NCBI GenBank assembly: GCA_002269645.1
Contig: NIVC01000637.1
Location: 62,001-126,000, forward strand
Origin: Macrostomum lignano
Lineage: Eukaryota
Reading direction: 5' to 3'
Length of the DNA stretch: 64,000 nucleotides
The notes under the pieces are model-generated. The model saw only the letters and a program-made list of their open reading frames with translations, made no database searches and had not been told where the DNA came from. Shown one piece after another: positions 24,801 to 37,265 of the stretch (positions are counted from its first letter, which is position 1; each line of letters starts with the position of its first letter). Made by a program: the position numbers and the translations under genes.

Positions 24801-24927
24801 GCAGTTTGAGACTGTGGTTCATGAGTGCTTGCGTGAGTTCGGGATTCTCTCCCAATTTCATCCCCTGGTTCGCTTTCGTACTGGCCGCTATAATTTGAAG
24901 TTTGTGCAAGAAAAATAGGCCATTCAC

Positions 24928-25062
24928 GAGAGTGTACATGCCCGACGATTAGAAAGCCAGGGCTGCTGTACACCCCGTGTGAGCATGAGTGCCTGCGCAC
25001 AGTATTGGCGCGCTTGTATCTGATCTGTGTGCTCAGGAGTCAAAGGAATGGGAAAAATCGCC
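24928..25062 (+). mobile_element. SINE internal fragment (same family)
   Basis: AGTGTACATGCCCGAC..GGGCTGCTGTACACCCCGTGTGAG..GCCTGCG..CTCAGGAGTCA matches the other copies. Confidence 0.55.
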
Positions 25063-25194
25063 TCACCGCCGGCTTTTCGAAGGCGTTGCACATTTTTACG
25101 CTTGTTAAACTCTCCATAGGCCACTTAAAAATTACGAGATCCTGAGTGATGCACTCATAAACAGGCGGCAGCTGCTTGTGCAAATTAAAACCAG

Positions 25195-25345
25195 CAGCCA
25201 AGCAGCTGGCACTCCAGATCCTGGTTCACGGACTCCTTGGCTCGGCAGACAAGCAGCTGGCACTCCAGATCCTGGTTCACGGACTCCTTGGCTCGGCAGA
25301 CAAGCAGCTGGCACTCTAGATCCTGGTTCACGGACTCTTTGGCTC
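25195..25345. repeat. 51-bp repeat x3
   Basis: CAAGCAGCTGGCACTCCAGATCCTGGTTCACGGACTCCTTGGCTCGGCAGA. Confidence 0.85.
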
Positions 25346-25866
25346 GGCGGAGAAGCAGCAAAGCCCATCTTGGCAACCGTCCACTGAAATTCATAAAAGG
25401 TGCGCGCAGCCCTCCCAGCCCGTGTGCATCCATCCCATGCCGATAGCAGATAGCAGAGCTTCAATTGCTTCAAGCACTCAGGCGCGCAGCAGCCCCCCCC
25501 CCCACTCCCCTGCCAACCGTGGCTACGGGGCCAGAAAGCCCACAGGCTCTTGAATTGTTGCCACCTTGACAACAGACAATTTCTGAGTCCTTAGCAGCCA
25601 TTGTTTACCAGCTAGGCAAGCAGGCATCAGGCATTCTGTATGAAGTTAAATGAGTTCAGAAGCGCACTTCACCCCAAGCAGGCGAATGCGCTACCCTGTT
25701 GATTGGCAGGAGCTGAGGTTGGGGCAAGGTTGCGCAAAATACCATATTTACCCAAGCAGAGTCTCCGCGCTGCGTGAAAGAAAAGCAAGACAAATCCTAT
25801 TGTTAATCACTGAGCCTCCCAAACAGCTCTCAAGCAAAGCAAACGGAGACAAGCAAGTGGGAACTG

Positions 25867-28800
25867 ATGGCAGCTGAAACCTCATCTGGCTTCGCTCGTC
25901 CAAGGCAGGTAAGGCTGAAATTCCAGTTCTTTTATATTGAAAGCCGATCGAGTAGCTTGAAATCCTTTGAGAGCACTGCCTGAGGGTCTGAGCTCACCCA
26001 TGCACACTGTGACTGAGGGCCTCAGCTCACCCATGCACACTGTGACTGAGGGTCTCAGCTCACCCATGCACACTGTGACTGAGGGTCTCAGCTCACCCAT
26101 GCACACTGTGACTGAGGGTCTCAGCTCATCCATGCACACTGTGACTGAGGGCCTCAGCTCACCCATGCACACTGTGACTGAGGGTCTCTGTTGTGGCTTT
26201 TTGCACTATTAAAATGAACTTAGAATCAGCGCTGACTGCGAATATTTGTTCATGTTTAATCCTACGTAGACAGTACAGCTACGGAGGTTTTGAGCCCATG
26301 GCTCGAATGAATTATTTTATATAAAAAAAATATGAGAAAGAAGCCAAGAGCTGTAGGAGCTAAATAAACGCTCAACAACATTTAACAAACAATAAAGACC
26401 GCATCCTCCATCGATTATAACAAAATGGCGACGAGCTCAAGAGAATTCATCGAACCACTAAAGCGCGGTGACGACCCAATCGATGGCTTCTGCAGTCTGA
26501 GGCAGTCGCATCCTGGCAACAAATTCCGTAGGAGGGCGGCAGACTGAAAAGTGCACTGTTGGCAATGGTGGGGATTGAAGCGTTCAACATGGTAGCCGAC
26601 GCAATAGTTCCCCTGAAGCCAGCTGACAAGTCACTAAGCGAGCTGAAGGAGATCATCCTGGGACAGTTTCAGCCCAAGAAACTCCCGATTGCAGCCCGAT
26701 TCGATTTTTCAAATCTGCGCCAAGGCGATGACGACATTCCGACGTACGTGCGGAAGCTTCGAGCGGCAGCTGAGAACTGCGACTTCAGTTTAGAAACGCC
26801 GAAGCAAGATGGCCAAACAAGGGTCCTTCAGAGCTGGAAAGCCGACTTCGTGACCAATTTGTATTTGGGATTGCTAACCAAGAGGCACCGAGGAAGATGC
26901 TTACAGAAAAGTTATCCGACCTTTCGCTTCAAAAAGCAGTCGAAATCGCGACAGCTCACGAGGCAGTTATGAGGTCACAGAAGAACTGGCAACCCGAACA
27001 AGGCTCAATTTACAAGTTGGCTGCACGGGACAGGCGCATGTCCGGAAGCAAGATCGAGAATGGGCAGCAGGATTCGCGGAATGCTGGAAAAGGTCAGAGC
27101 TTTTGCAGATGCTGTGGAAAGAAAGGTCATCAGAAGCAAGACTGCAGATTTCGAAATGAAGCCTGCAGAGTTTGTCACAAGTCAGGTCATCTAGAGGCGG
27201 GTTGCCGTTACAAAAGGCGAGCAAATCAGGTTAGACTGATCGACGACAGCAGTAAAGCTCCTCGAGACTCCGAGCATAGTGGCTCCGATCGATATATATA
27301 TTTGCTGCTAGATTTCCGGACAGAAGAACGTTCATTGTCAGTCTGAATATCAACGGCAGTCATCTGTCCATGAACTTCGATACGTGGGCTTGAAGGTTTC
27401 CAGAGTTATCAAGACGATGTTATCGTGCACACGGCATCACGAGCTGACCATGATGCAGCAGTTCAATCAGTAAAGTCAAGGCTTCATCAGAACGGACTGC
27501 AGCTCAATGAAAGCAAATGCTCTTACTGCAAAGAAGAAGTAAATATCCTCGGACTCATTGTTAGTGCCCACGGAATTTGACCTGATCCACAGAAGGTTCG
27601 AGCGATAAAAGGATTCCAAAGACCAAAAAATCCGAATGAGCTAAGAAGCTTTTTGGGAATGCTCAAGTTCTATGGACGTTTCATTAAGGACCTCTCAGAC
27701 ATCAGAGCCCCACTGAGCCGACTTCTGCAATCGGATATCGCATAGTCTTGGGGCCAAGAGCAGGACGAAGCCTTCCAGAAGCTGAAAGAAGCATTGACGG
27801 GAGATTCCGTCCTGTTGCCGTTCAACCCGAAAGAAGAGGTCACGCTGACGACTGATGCATCTCCTCACGGAATTGGAGCGGTGATCAAGCAAAACGGTAG
27901 GCCTGTTCTGTACGTGTCGAAGACTCTCACAAAGGCACTCTCATGGAGGGCACTCTCGGTAGACCTGCCCGCGCGGAAGGCGTGCTGGTTCTGCGAGAGT
28001 GGGAAGCGCTTCAGCTCGGCCGAAAGTAGGCGCCAAAGCACCAGTCTCTCGAGGAGCTTGAGGCAGAAAGAAGTGAGGCTGATAGGCCTGAAGGCCTTCA
28101 CCGATTGCTAGTCACTCTTTCCAGGCTTGGGGATAAAGACCACCCGGGCCTCTCTCCACGCAACTGGTACATAGCCCAGCTCCACACAAGCTCGAAGGAG
28201 ACGACAGAGCAGGTCCAGGAAGCGGTGGTTTTTCACCGCCTCGTGCAAGAACGCTGGGTAGATGCCATCAGGCCCAGGCGCCTTGAACGGGTTAAAGGAC
28301 CTTGCCGCTCTAATAATGCGGTCTTTGGTGATCATATACTTTGCTAGGCCTTGTCCTCCCACTGTGTGGTCAGGCGGGCCCTGCTGAGTCGGAGATTTAG
28401 GGAAGAAACTGTTGAGCATTAGCTCTAGAGTCTCTTCTGAGCTCTCTGTGACCGAGTAATCAGGTCTCTTCACAACAGAGTTTAGAAAAACGGTCATTAG
28501 TGAGTGCCTTAACCACGCGGGCTACGGGGCGAGAGCCCTCAAGCCCTTCGCTATATTGGCGCCACTTGGCCGTCTTGGCCCTTCTGACTTGGCCCTTAAA
28601 CTCGTGGATCGCACGGGTATAGGCCTCTCTATCAGATGGGTCTTTGGTTTTGAGCGCTCGTCTTTGGAGGGCCTGGCTCGGCGCCGAAGGGCCCCGAGCC
28701 CTGGGTTCCACCAAGGAGCAGATTTCTTGCCTTTGTAGGCCTTAAGAGGGCAGGCTGCTTCAAAGGCAGTGGTGATCGCCCCGCCCAGGGAGGAGGCGAG

Positions 28801-31800
28801 ATCATCCACCACCTAGCAGTCAGAGAGGTCACTGGGGGGGGGTCAAGATCCCGAAGGCCGCGGCTCAGCTTCGAGCCAAAGGCGGCCCAATCGGTGTTCC
28901 TGACGTTCCGACTCCAAGTGACCTTAGGCTTTTGCTTGTTCGGCCCAATGCAAAAGCGTATAAAGCGGTGGTCCGAGAGCGAGTCCTCGTCCCACACTCG
29001 CCAGCCCGTGACTGCGGAAAGCAGCCCGGGTGAGGCGATGGTGGTGTCGATGACTTCGGCCCACCGCCCATTATTGAACGTTGGTGCATTGCCCACGTCA
29101 CAGAAATTGAGGTTTGTGCTGCTGACGTAGGCCAGCAGCTCATCGCCTCTGTTATTGGTGTTCTTGCTGCCCCAATGCAGGTGGTGTGCGTTCACATCCC
29201 CTGCAATGAGCAGCTCGAACCGACGGGACGCGGCGTAGTCAATTAGGTTGACTAGTGCGTCGCAGCCTACTGGGGCATCACCTGGGAAATAGGCAGATGC
29301 TACCAGCACAGGTTTATTTGGAATGAGGTTATTGATTTGAACAACACAGATGTCCCCAGTCGAGAGATCAGGTCTCATCCATGCCTCAAAAGCTTTTGCA
29401 GCAAAGACCAGAGATCTTGCGCAAGGCTGAGAGTCTGCCATGCAAAAACAGTGGTAGCCAGATGGCACATTATTTGGCTTACCTTTAGTCATCCAGGGCT
29501 CCTGCACGAAGACCAGGCCCGGAAGCTGTTGCTCTGTCGTGCGCATCAGGTTGACTGACGCCGCCACGCAGTGCTGGGTGTTGATCTGCAGACACCAGGT
29601 AGCCGCTGGCATCAGTGCAGATCGGGTGTTGCAGTCGCCAGGAGTTCCTCCTCCTCCTCGGCTCAGGCAACAGCTTCGGGTCGGGGTCGCCGGTGTCCAT
29701 GGGCTCCTCTTCAGCAAAAGGCCCCCGATTTGTCGGAAGGCAATAGGCAGCGTTCGCCGCCCTTCGCCCACCGGCCACGGGGTCCTCCGCTTCAGACTGG
29801 CCCAATGCCCTGGAGCAGCCAGCCGCCTGGGCAGGCGGGTCCGTCTCCAGTCGGCCCTGCCCCGAGGGGTTGGGCCCAGCTGGGACGTCCCCACCCTCCC
29901 TGGACGAGCTGGTGCGCCTAGGCGTCCCGGCGACCTCTCGCCTCAGCTGGGTGATTTTAGCGGTGCGGACCGCCTCAGCTGCGCGCTGGTACAGGCCGCG
30001 CCGCTTGGTGCTGCGCGCCGGGCGTCGGTCTCCTCCGCACTCAGCAGCGCGTTCGGCTTTACCCGCGCGGCCGTGCTGCCGGGCAGGGCGGTTTGCTTTG
30101 GCAGCCTAAGCAGAAGCTCGCGCCTCGGCCCCGGCTGCCTCGGCATTCCGCCCGCCCTGCTCACTGCCACGGGGAGGGTCGGCCTCGTAGGAGCGGATGC
30201 GCAGCTTCCAAAGGCCGACGTTGATGAAGCTGCCGTGTGGATAGCGCCTCATCCAGGCGTCCGACACCCCCAGGATGGCTGTGAAGCCAGTGCCGTCGGT
30301 GCGCTTAAGGGTGTCATGCACCATAGGCCCGCGGCGGGAAGCTCTCGTTTGACTGCTAGCAGACCTTTCCCGACCCGAGTCAGCATCACTGGGCCAAATG
30401 AGAAGGCACGAATCCCTCGTCGCATTCGAATGAATGTTCAGAGGCGTGCCCTTCAGAGTTTGTTTCCACAGGAGGCAATCAACGGCACCTCTCACCTGCT
30501 TCAGCTGGTCGGGAGACAGGCGCGCGTCCTTCCCCAGAATGACAACCGCCGGTTGCCTCTTTGCCGCATCAGCGTAGGAGGCCCGGGGGTCGGTGGAGCC
30601 TTCTTTAGGTGGGCTGTCCACCCTCCCGGCTGCATCGGCCTCCCTATCCTGGCCAGGGACTTCAGTGGGCTCGAGGCCCTCTTCCGCCACCGCCCCAGAT
30701 TGGGAAGCTTCGGCTGCCGCGGGCCGTTGACCCCTGGCGCCGGTTAGGCTTCCGCCCTCCTTGGCCCACCTCGCCTTGTTAAGTCGACGGCGGGCAGCTC
30801 CAGAGGTGGTGCTCAGCTGCTTGGCAGCTGGAGTAGCAGGTGTCTTCTCGGAGGCACCGCTCAGAGTTGGCTCCACGGGTCTCGCCGAGGCGTCCCCGAT
30901 GGTAGCAGGTGGTATGGCCGCGGGGTCTACGGCCCCAGCCGAGGCCGGAGGCACTGTGTCATCTACAGCCGGTTTTTTACTTCGGTTAGAAGCCATTGGC
31001 TGGAAGTAAAAAGGTGGGACTTCCTGCAAAACACAGGCAAAGAGCCGCAAGGACGCAACCCCAAGCCAAGCGGCAGGCCCCCAAAAAGCAGAATACCCCC
31101 CTGCGGGGGGACCCAGAAACGCAAGGGGAACCGTTAGCGACCAGACTACTCCCTGGCCAAGCGTCCATCAGCACGGAGTTACACTGGGACTTTAGAGGGT
31201 GCGTTTAAATGGTCACACCAAGACCCGGCGCCAACGAATAAGCTCGGCAAGGCCCAAGAGCCTGCCTTAACACCCACGGGACGAGTACCCTTCGAAGTGC
31301 GCCTTGCAAGGTGAAAATCAGGAGACAGAGTCTCTTGAGCTATCAGCCCGCCAGGGGAGGCGGAGGGGAGGAGGGGAGAGAGAAGCCAAGATCTTAGCGA
31401 TTTAGTATATTGTGATAAACGCTCAACAACATTTAACAAACAATAAAGACCGCATCCTCCATCAATTATAACAGTCTCAGCTTACCCATGCACACTGACT
31501 GAGGGTCTCAGCTCACCCATGCACACTGACTGAGGGTCTCAGCTCACCCATGCACACTGACTGAGGGTCTCAGCTCACCCATGCACACTGACTGAGGGTC
31601 TCAGCTAACCCATGCACACTGACTGAGGGTCTCAGCTCACCCATGCACACTGTGACTGAGGGTCTCAGCTCACCCATGCACACTGTGACTGAGTGCCTCA
31701 GCTCACCCATGTACACTGACTGAGGGTCTCAGCTCACCCATGCACACTGTGACTGAGGGTCTCAGCTCACCCATGCACACTGTGACTGAGTGCCTCAGCT

Positions 31801-34715
31801 CACCCATGTACACTGACTGATGGTCTCAGCTCACCCATGCACACTGTGACTGAGGGTCTCAGCTCACCCATGCACACTGTGACTGAGGGTCTCAGCTCAC
31901 CCATGCACACTGTGACTGAGTGCCTAAGCTCACCCATGTACACTGTGACTGAGGGTCTCAGCTCACCCATGCACACTGACTGAGGGCCTCAGCTCACCCA
32001 TGTACACTGACTGAGGGTCTCAGCTCACCCATGCACACTGTGACTGAGTGCCTCAGCTCTCCCATAGCAACTCTACATATTGCTGACATTTCAGGTTGCC
32101 CAAACGGGAGCCGAGCTGGTGAAGGCGCTGGCCGCGGTCAGCTACTGTCTGCTGCTGCCGCTGCTGCTGCTTCTGCCAGTTTTTGAGGCTGATGCGGCGC
32201 AGCACTGCGGCTCGAGACTGACCTTCTTGCCCAGAAATCCGGCCGCCTCCTGCTCTGATGACCGGCTGCGCGACGCATTGAGCAGCTGCGCCATGAGATG
32301 CGCTTTGGAAGCTCGCTGCCTCGGCGTTCGCCTCGCTGATAACGGCGGAAGCAGCGGCGTCTGCGCCCTGCTGAGCAGCGAGCAGGAGGTCAACGCGAGT
32401 GCGACTGCCGCCAGCGCGACTGACTGCACGGGCGACCGGGTGTTGGCATGGAAGCTTGGCAAGTTGCAGTCAGGGGCTTCAGTTCCATTTGGCTGGCAGC
32501 AAGTTGCAGTCAGGGGCTTCAGTTCCATTTGGCTGGCAAGTTGCAGTCAGGGGCTTCAGTTCCATTTGACTCTCAGCAAGTTGCAGTCAGGGGCTTCAGT
32601 TCCATTTGGCTGGCAAGTTGCAGTCAGGGGCTTCAGTTCCATTTGACTCTCAGCAAGTGGCAGTCAGGGGCTTCAGTTCCATTTGGCTGGCAGCAAGTTG
32701 CAGTCAGGGGCTTCAGTTCCATCTGGCTGGCAAGTTGCAGTCAGGGGCTTCAGTTCCATCTGGCTGGCAAGTTGCAGTCAGGGGCTTCAGTTGCATTTGG
32801 CTGGCAAGTTGCAGTCAGGGGCTTCAGTTCCATATGGCTGACAGCAAGTGGCAGTCAGGGGCTTCAGTTCCATTTGGCTGACAGCAAGTGGCAGTCAGGG
32901 GCTTCAGTTCCATTTGGCTGGCAAGTTGCAGTCAGGGGCTTCAGTTCCATTTGGCTGACAGCAAGTGGCAGTCAGGGGCTTCAGTTCCATTTGGCTGGCA
33001 AGTTGCAGTCAGGGGCTTCAGTTCCATTTGGCTGACAGCAAGTGGCAGTCAGGGGCTTCAGTTCCATCTGGCTGGCAAGTTGCAGTCAGGGGCTTCAGTT
33101 CCATTTGGCTGGCAGCAAGTTGCAGTCAGGGGCTTCAGTTCCATTTGGCTGGCAAGTTGCAGTCAGGGGCTTCAGTTCCATTTGGCTGGCAGCAAGTGGC
33201 AGTCAGGGGCTTCAGTTCCATTTGGCTGGCAGCAAGTTGCAGTCAGGGGCTTCAGTTCCATCTGGCTGGCAAGTGGCAGTCAGGGGCTTCAGTTCCATTT
33301 GGCTGGCAAGTTGCAGTCAGGGGCTTCAGTTCCATTTGGCTGGCAGCAAGTTGCAGTCAGGGGCTTCAGTTCCATCTGGCTGGCAAGTGGCAGTCAGGGG
33401 CTTCAGTTCCATTTGGCTGGCAGCAAGTTGCAGTCAGGGGCTTCAGTTCCATTTGGCTGGCAGCAAGTTGCAGTCAGGGGCTTCAGTTCCATCTGGCTGG
33501 CAAGTGGCAGTCAGGGGCTTCAGTTCCATTTGGCTGGCAGCAAGTTGCAGTCAGGGGCTTCAGTTCCATTTGGCTGGCAAGTTGCAGTCAGGGGCTTCAG
33601 TTCCATTTGGCTGGCAGCAAGTTGCAGTCAGGGGCTTCAGTTCCATTTGGCTGGCAAGTTGCAGTCAGGGGCTTCAGTTCCATTTGGCTGGCAAGTTGCA
33701 GTCAGGGGCTTCAGTTCCATTTGGCTGGCAGCAAGTGGCAGTCAGGGGCTTCAGTTCCATTTGGCTGACAGCAAGTGGCAGTCAGGGGCTTCAGTTGCAT
33801 TTGGCTGACAGCAAGTGGCAGTCAGGGGCTTCAGTTCCATTTGGCTGACAGCAAGTGGCAGTCAGGGGCGTCAGTTCCATTTGGCTGGCAGCAAGTTGCA
33901 GTCAGGGGCTTCAGTTCCATTTGGCTGGCAGCAAGTGGCAGTCAGGGGCTTCAGTTCCATTTGGCTGGCAGCAAGTTGCAGTCAGCTGATCCAGTCATTT
34001 TGCATAGAGGCTGAGATGCCAGCTAGCAGGAAGGCAAGCCGGCATGCATTTATGCTGAGCCCCGAGCACTTCTTAAGCCACCAGTGCGAATGTAACCCTA
34101 AATTTCAATGTGTGCGCAGTTGATGAAGAATGTATTTTTTAATGAAATTGCTAAACACTCGTTACCTACCGACTAGAAAGCAACTTTTTGGTGGCTTGTT
34201 GTGGCAATGCTCAGTTCTCTTAAAATCAAGATTAGAGTGAAGCAGTTTACTCAAGGCAAACAAGGGTGTAGAGAGCAAGCTTTGAGCATAAACATTTTTT
34301 TGAATAAAACATTCCAGAGCAGCTGCAGCTGTCAGGATGTAGCGAGTCAAGCACCTATGATGGAAACTGCAACAATGCCATTGACGGAAACTTGGACCAA
34401 AACCACAACTCTGGAGCCGTCTGCACCCATACCCAGGCAACAGTGGGCAACGAGTGGTGGCAGGCCTCCATGGCCTCCAGGGCCTTCGTCAGTCTGGTGC
34501 GCATCTACAACCGGCAGGACGGCAACGAGGGCAGACTGAATAACTTCGCGATCTCCGTGGACGGCCTGCAGTGCGCCAGCTACAACTCCACGCAGGCATT
34601 CAGCATCAAGGACTTTCCTTGCGAGCAGGTTGGCACGACTCTCAAGATCACGCAGCGCTTCAGTAATGAGTTCCTCACCCTGTGCGAGGTCATCGCCTTC
34701 GGACGTCTGCTGTAA
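25867..34715 (+). CDS. PAN/Apple-like + F-type lectin protein, copy A (about 267 aa)
   Basis: Exons 25867-25908, 32095-32458 (GC donor), 34318-34715. Hydrophobic LLLPLLLLLP..ADA leader and Cys-rich CAMRCALEARCLG..CALL domain. F-lectin motifs AIDGN, CTHT, EWWQ, VRIYNRQDGNEGRL, LTLCEV. Confidence 0.8.
25975..26188. repeat. 33-bp lectin intron-1 minisatellite (copy A, left of LTR)
   Basis: CACTGTGACTGAGGGTCTCAGCTCACCCATGCA. Confidence 0.95.
26189..31473 (+). mobile_element. Gypsy (Mag-type) LTR retrotransposon, internally deleted, inside intron 1 of lectin copy A
   Basis: 5' LTR 26189-26422 (TGTT..AACA). PBS TGGCGACGAG at 26426 is complementary to the tRNA-Ser(GCU) 3' end. Gag has two CCHC knuckles, followed by a protease stub FDT fused to RT YQDD and RNase H TDASPHGIGAV. 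The 3' LTR remnant spans about 31378-31473. 5-bp TSD GTCTC (26184-26188, 31474-31478). Confidence 0.93.
27947..31375 (-). mobile_element. Non-LTR retrotransposon (LOA/R1-like, I group), 3'-truncated and frameshifted, nested in the Gypsy element
   Basis: ORF1 at about 31000-29900. APE endonuclease: LQINTQH, VQEPW, IAGDVNAHH..WGS..TNNRG, IDTT, SDHRFI. RT start: FKAPGPDGIYPA, VVFIPKPGK, FRPISLTSFCLKLLERL, QHAFRAGRSTESALH. Clade assignment is by eye. Confidence 0.9.
31474..32065. repeat. 31/33-bp lectin intron-1 minisatellite (copy A, right of LTR)
   Basis: Same unit plus a 2-bp shorter variant. Confidence 0.95.
32459..33985. repeat. 37/40-bp donor-derived minisatellite (copy A intron 2)
   Basis: GCAAGTTGCAGTCAGGGGCTTCAGTTCCATTTGGCTG(GCA). 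Confidence 0.95.
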
Positions 34716-34784
34716 GCGTTTCTTAGCAGAGTCGATGGCCGATGCTGATTTGTGAAGTGAAGGCTGACAGCTAGCTGGAAGCTG

Positions 34785-35122
34785 TAGCCTTGAGCACACC
34801 TATGCTAAACATGATCAACTGTAGCCATGAGCACACCTATGCTAAACATGATCAACTGTATCCATGAGCACACCTATGCTAAACATGATCAACTGTAGCC
34901 ATGAGCACACCTATGCTAAACATGATCAACTGTAGCAATGAGCACACCTATGCTAAACATGATCAACTGTATCCATGAGCACACCTATGCTAAACATGAT
35001 CAACTGTAGCCATGAGCACACCTATGCTAAACATGATCAACTGTAGCCATGAGCACACCTATGCTAAACATGATCAACTGTAGCCATGAGCACACCTATG
35101 CTAAACATGATCAACTGTAGCC
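34785..35122. repeat. 37-bp minisatellite 3' of copy A
   Basis: TGATCAACTGTAGCCATGAGCACACCTATGCTAAACA. Confidence 0.95.
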
Positions 35123-35421
35123 AGTACATCTATTATATGTTAAACATACACCTATACCATCTGGAGCTTTTCTCTCGATTTTTCTTCACTACATAATCTT
35201 GCCTGGAGTTACTGTCTGTCACTTAATTTATACACAAAATATATTTTATCATTGCTTCAAAAATAACTCTTATCCGATAGATTTGACAGCATCAGCCCCA
35301 TAACTCGTTGACAGGTTTGCGAACTTGCATCAAATATAAAAAGCAAGCCAGCTGTGCAGCACCTGCAACTTTTTTTGTTTCTCCATCAACCAGTCCAGTT
35401 TCCCACAGTGCAATGATGAGC

Positions 35422-36238
35422 CTACCCTCAGCCTGGCCTCAGCCTGCCCTCAGCCTGCCCTCAGCCTGCCCTTAGCCTGCCCTCAGCCTGTCCTCAGCCT
35501 GCCCTCAGCTTGCCCTCAGCCTGCCCTCAGCCTGTCCTCAGCCTGCCCTCAGCTTGCCCTCAGCTTGCCCTCAGCCTGTCCTCAGCCTGCCCTCAGCTTG
35601 CCCTCAGCCTGTCCTCAGCCTGCCCTCAGCTTGCCCTCAGCCTGCCCTCAGCCTGCTCTCAGCCTGCCCTCAGCCTGTCCTCAGCCTGCCCTCAGCTTGC
35701 CCTCAGCCTGCCCTCAGCCTGCCTCAGCCTGCCCTCAGCCTGTCCTCAGCCTGTCCTCAGCCTGCCCTCAGCTTGCCCTCAGCTTGCCCTCAGCCTGTCC
35801 TCAGCCTGCCCTCAGCCTGCCCTCAGCTTTCCCTCAGCTTGCCCTCAGCCTGTCCTCAGCTTACCCTCAGCCTGCCCTCAGCCTGCCCTCAGCCTGTCCT
35901 CAGCCTGCCCTCAGCTTGCCCTCAGCCTGCCCTCAGCCTGCCTCAGCCTGCCCTCAGCCTGTCCTCAGCCTGTCCTCAGCCTGCCCTCAGCTTGCCCTCA
36001 GCTTGCCCTCAGCCTGTCCTCAGCCTGCCCTCAGCCTGCCCTCAGCTTTCCCTCAGCTTGCCCTCAGCCTGCCCTCAGCCTGTCCTCAGCCTGTCCTCAG
36101 CCTGCCCTCAGCCTGTCCTCAGCCTGTCCTCAGCCTGCCCTCAGCCTGCCCTCAGCCTGTCCTCAGCCTGTCCTCAGCCTGCCCTCAGCCTGCCCTCAGC
36201 CTGCCCTCAGCCTGCCCTCAGCCTACCCTCTGCCTGCC
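35422..36238. repeat. 11-bp repeat
   Basis: CCTCAGCCTGY. Confidence 0.95.
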
Positions 36239-36817
36239 CTTCCAAATGAAAGTATCCAATCTGTTTTCAAATAATACGACTGCTAATAAACTGTTGTCTG
36301 AAATAAAGCATATTTAGACCAAACAAGCCAAAAATCTCAATTTCTGTAAAATCCCTCTTGTCATTTTATTATTTTATTATTATTAATTTATTATTTTATC
36401 ATTTTTTTATTGCGATTAAAAACTCAACAGCCTGAGAATATTTAGAAATTGAACAACGACTTAATAAATTACACCGATGCTCCAAACCAACCGCTTTTCT
36501 GCCACGTCTTGACGCAGAAGCCTTCAGTCCTCGGTAGTGTGCTCATATATAGCTGGAATGTCTGGGCTGAGCATACCAACCTTTTCTGAGCGGAATACAG
36601 ATAAATTCATTCCAACTTCAAAGTATAGCCAAGCTGAATCTGCAAGGTATTTCTAGTAGACAGGAAGAGCAGCAATTGCTTTTAAAAATTATATTGACCG
36701 CAGAAGGATTGTTGAGAATTAATACTTATAAAATTTAGTGATGGGAGATGTGTCATATTTTAACGATTTTTTGCCACGCAAGTTGTGTATATGAGCAACC
36801 ACTAGTACATTTTATTA

Positions 36818-37265
36818 GAGAATCATCAGAGAATCATCAGAGAATCATCAGATAATCATCAGAGAATCATCAGAGAATCATCAGATAATCATCAGAGAAT
36901 CATCAGAGAATCATCAGATAATCATCAGAGAATCACCAGAGAATCATCAGAGAATCATCAAAGAGTCATCAGAGAATAATCAGAGAATCACCAGAGAATC
37001 ACCAGAGAATCATCAGAGAATCATCAAAGAGTCATCAGAGAATAATCAGAGAATCACCAGAGAATCACCAGAGAATCATCAGAGAATCATCAAAGAGTCA
37101 TCAGAGAATCACCAGAGAATCACCAGAGAATCATCAGAGAATCATCAGAGAGTCATCAGAGAATAATCAGAGAATCACCAGAGAATCATCAGAGAATCAT
37201 CAAAGAGTCATCAGAGAATAATCAGAGAATCACCAGAGAATCATCATAGAATCATCAGAGAGTCA
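36818..37265. repeat. 11-bp repeat
   Basis: AGAGAATCATC. Confidence 0.95.

Noticed and set aside
32080-33985. Single long secreted protein with repeat tail predicted by the ORF track (also 38168-39472)
   Set aside because: Splicing at the exon-2 donor to the lectin exon explains all four paralogs, including C and D, which lack the array.
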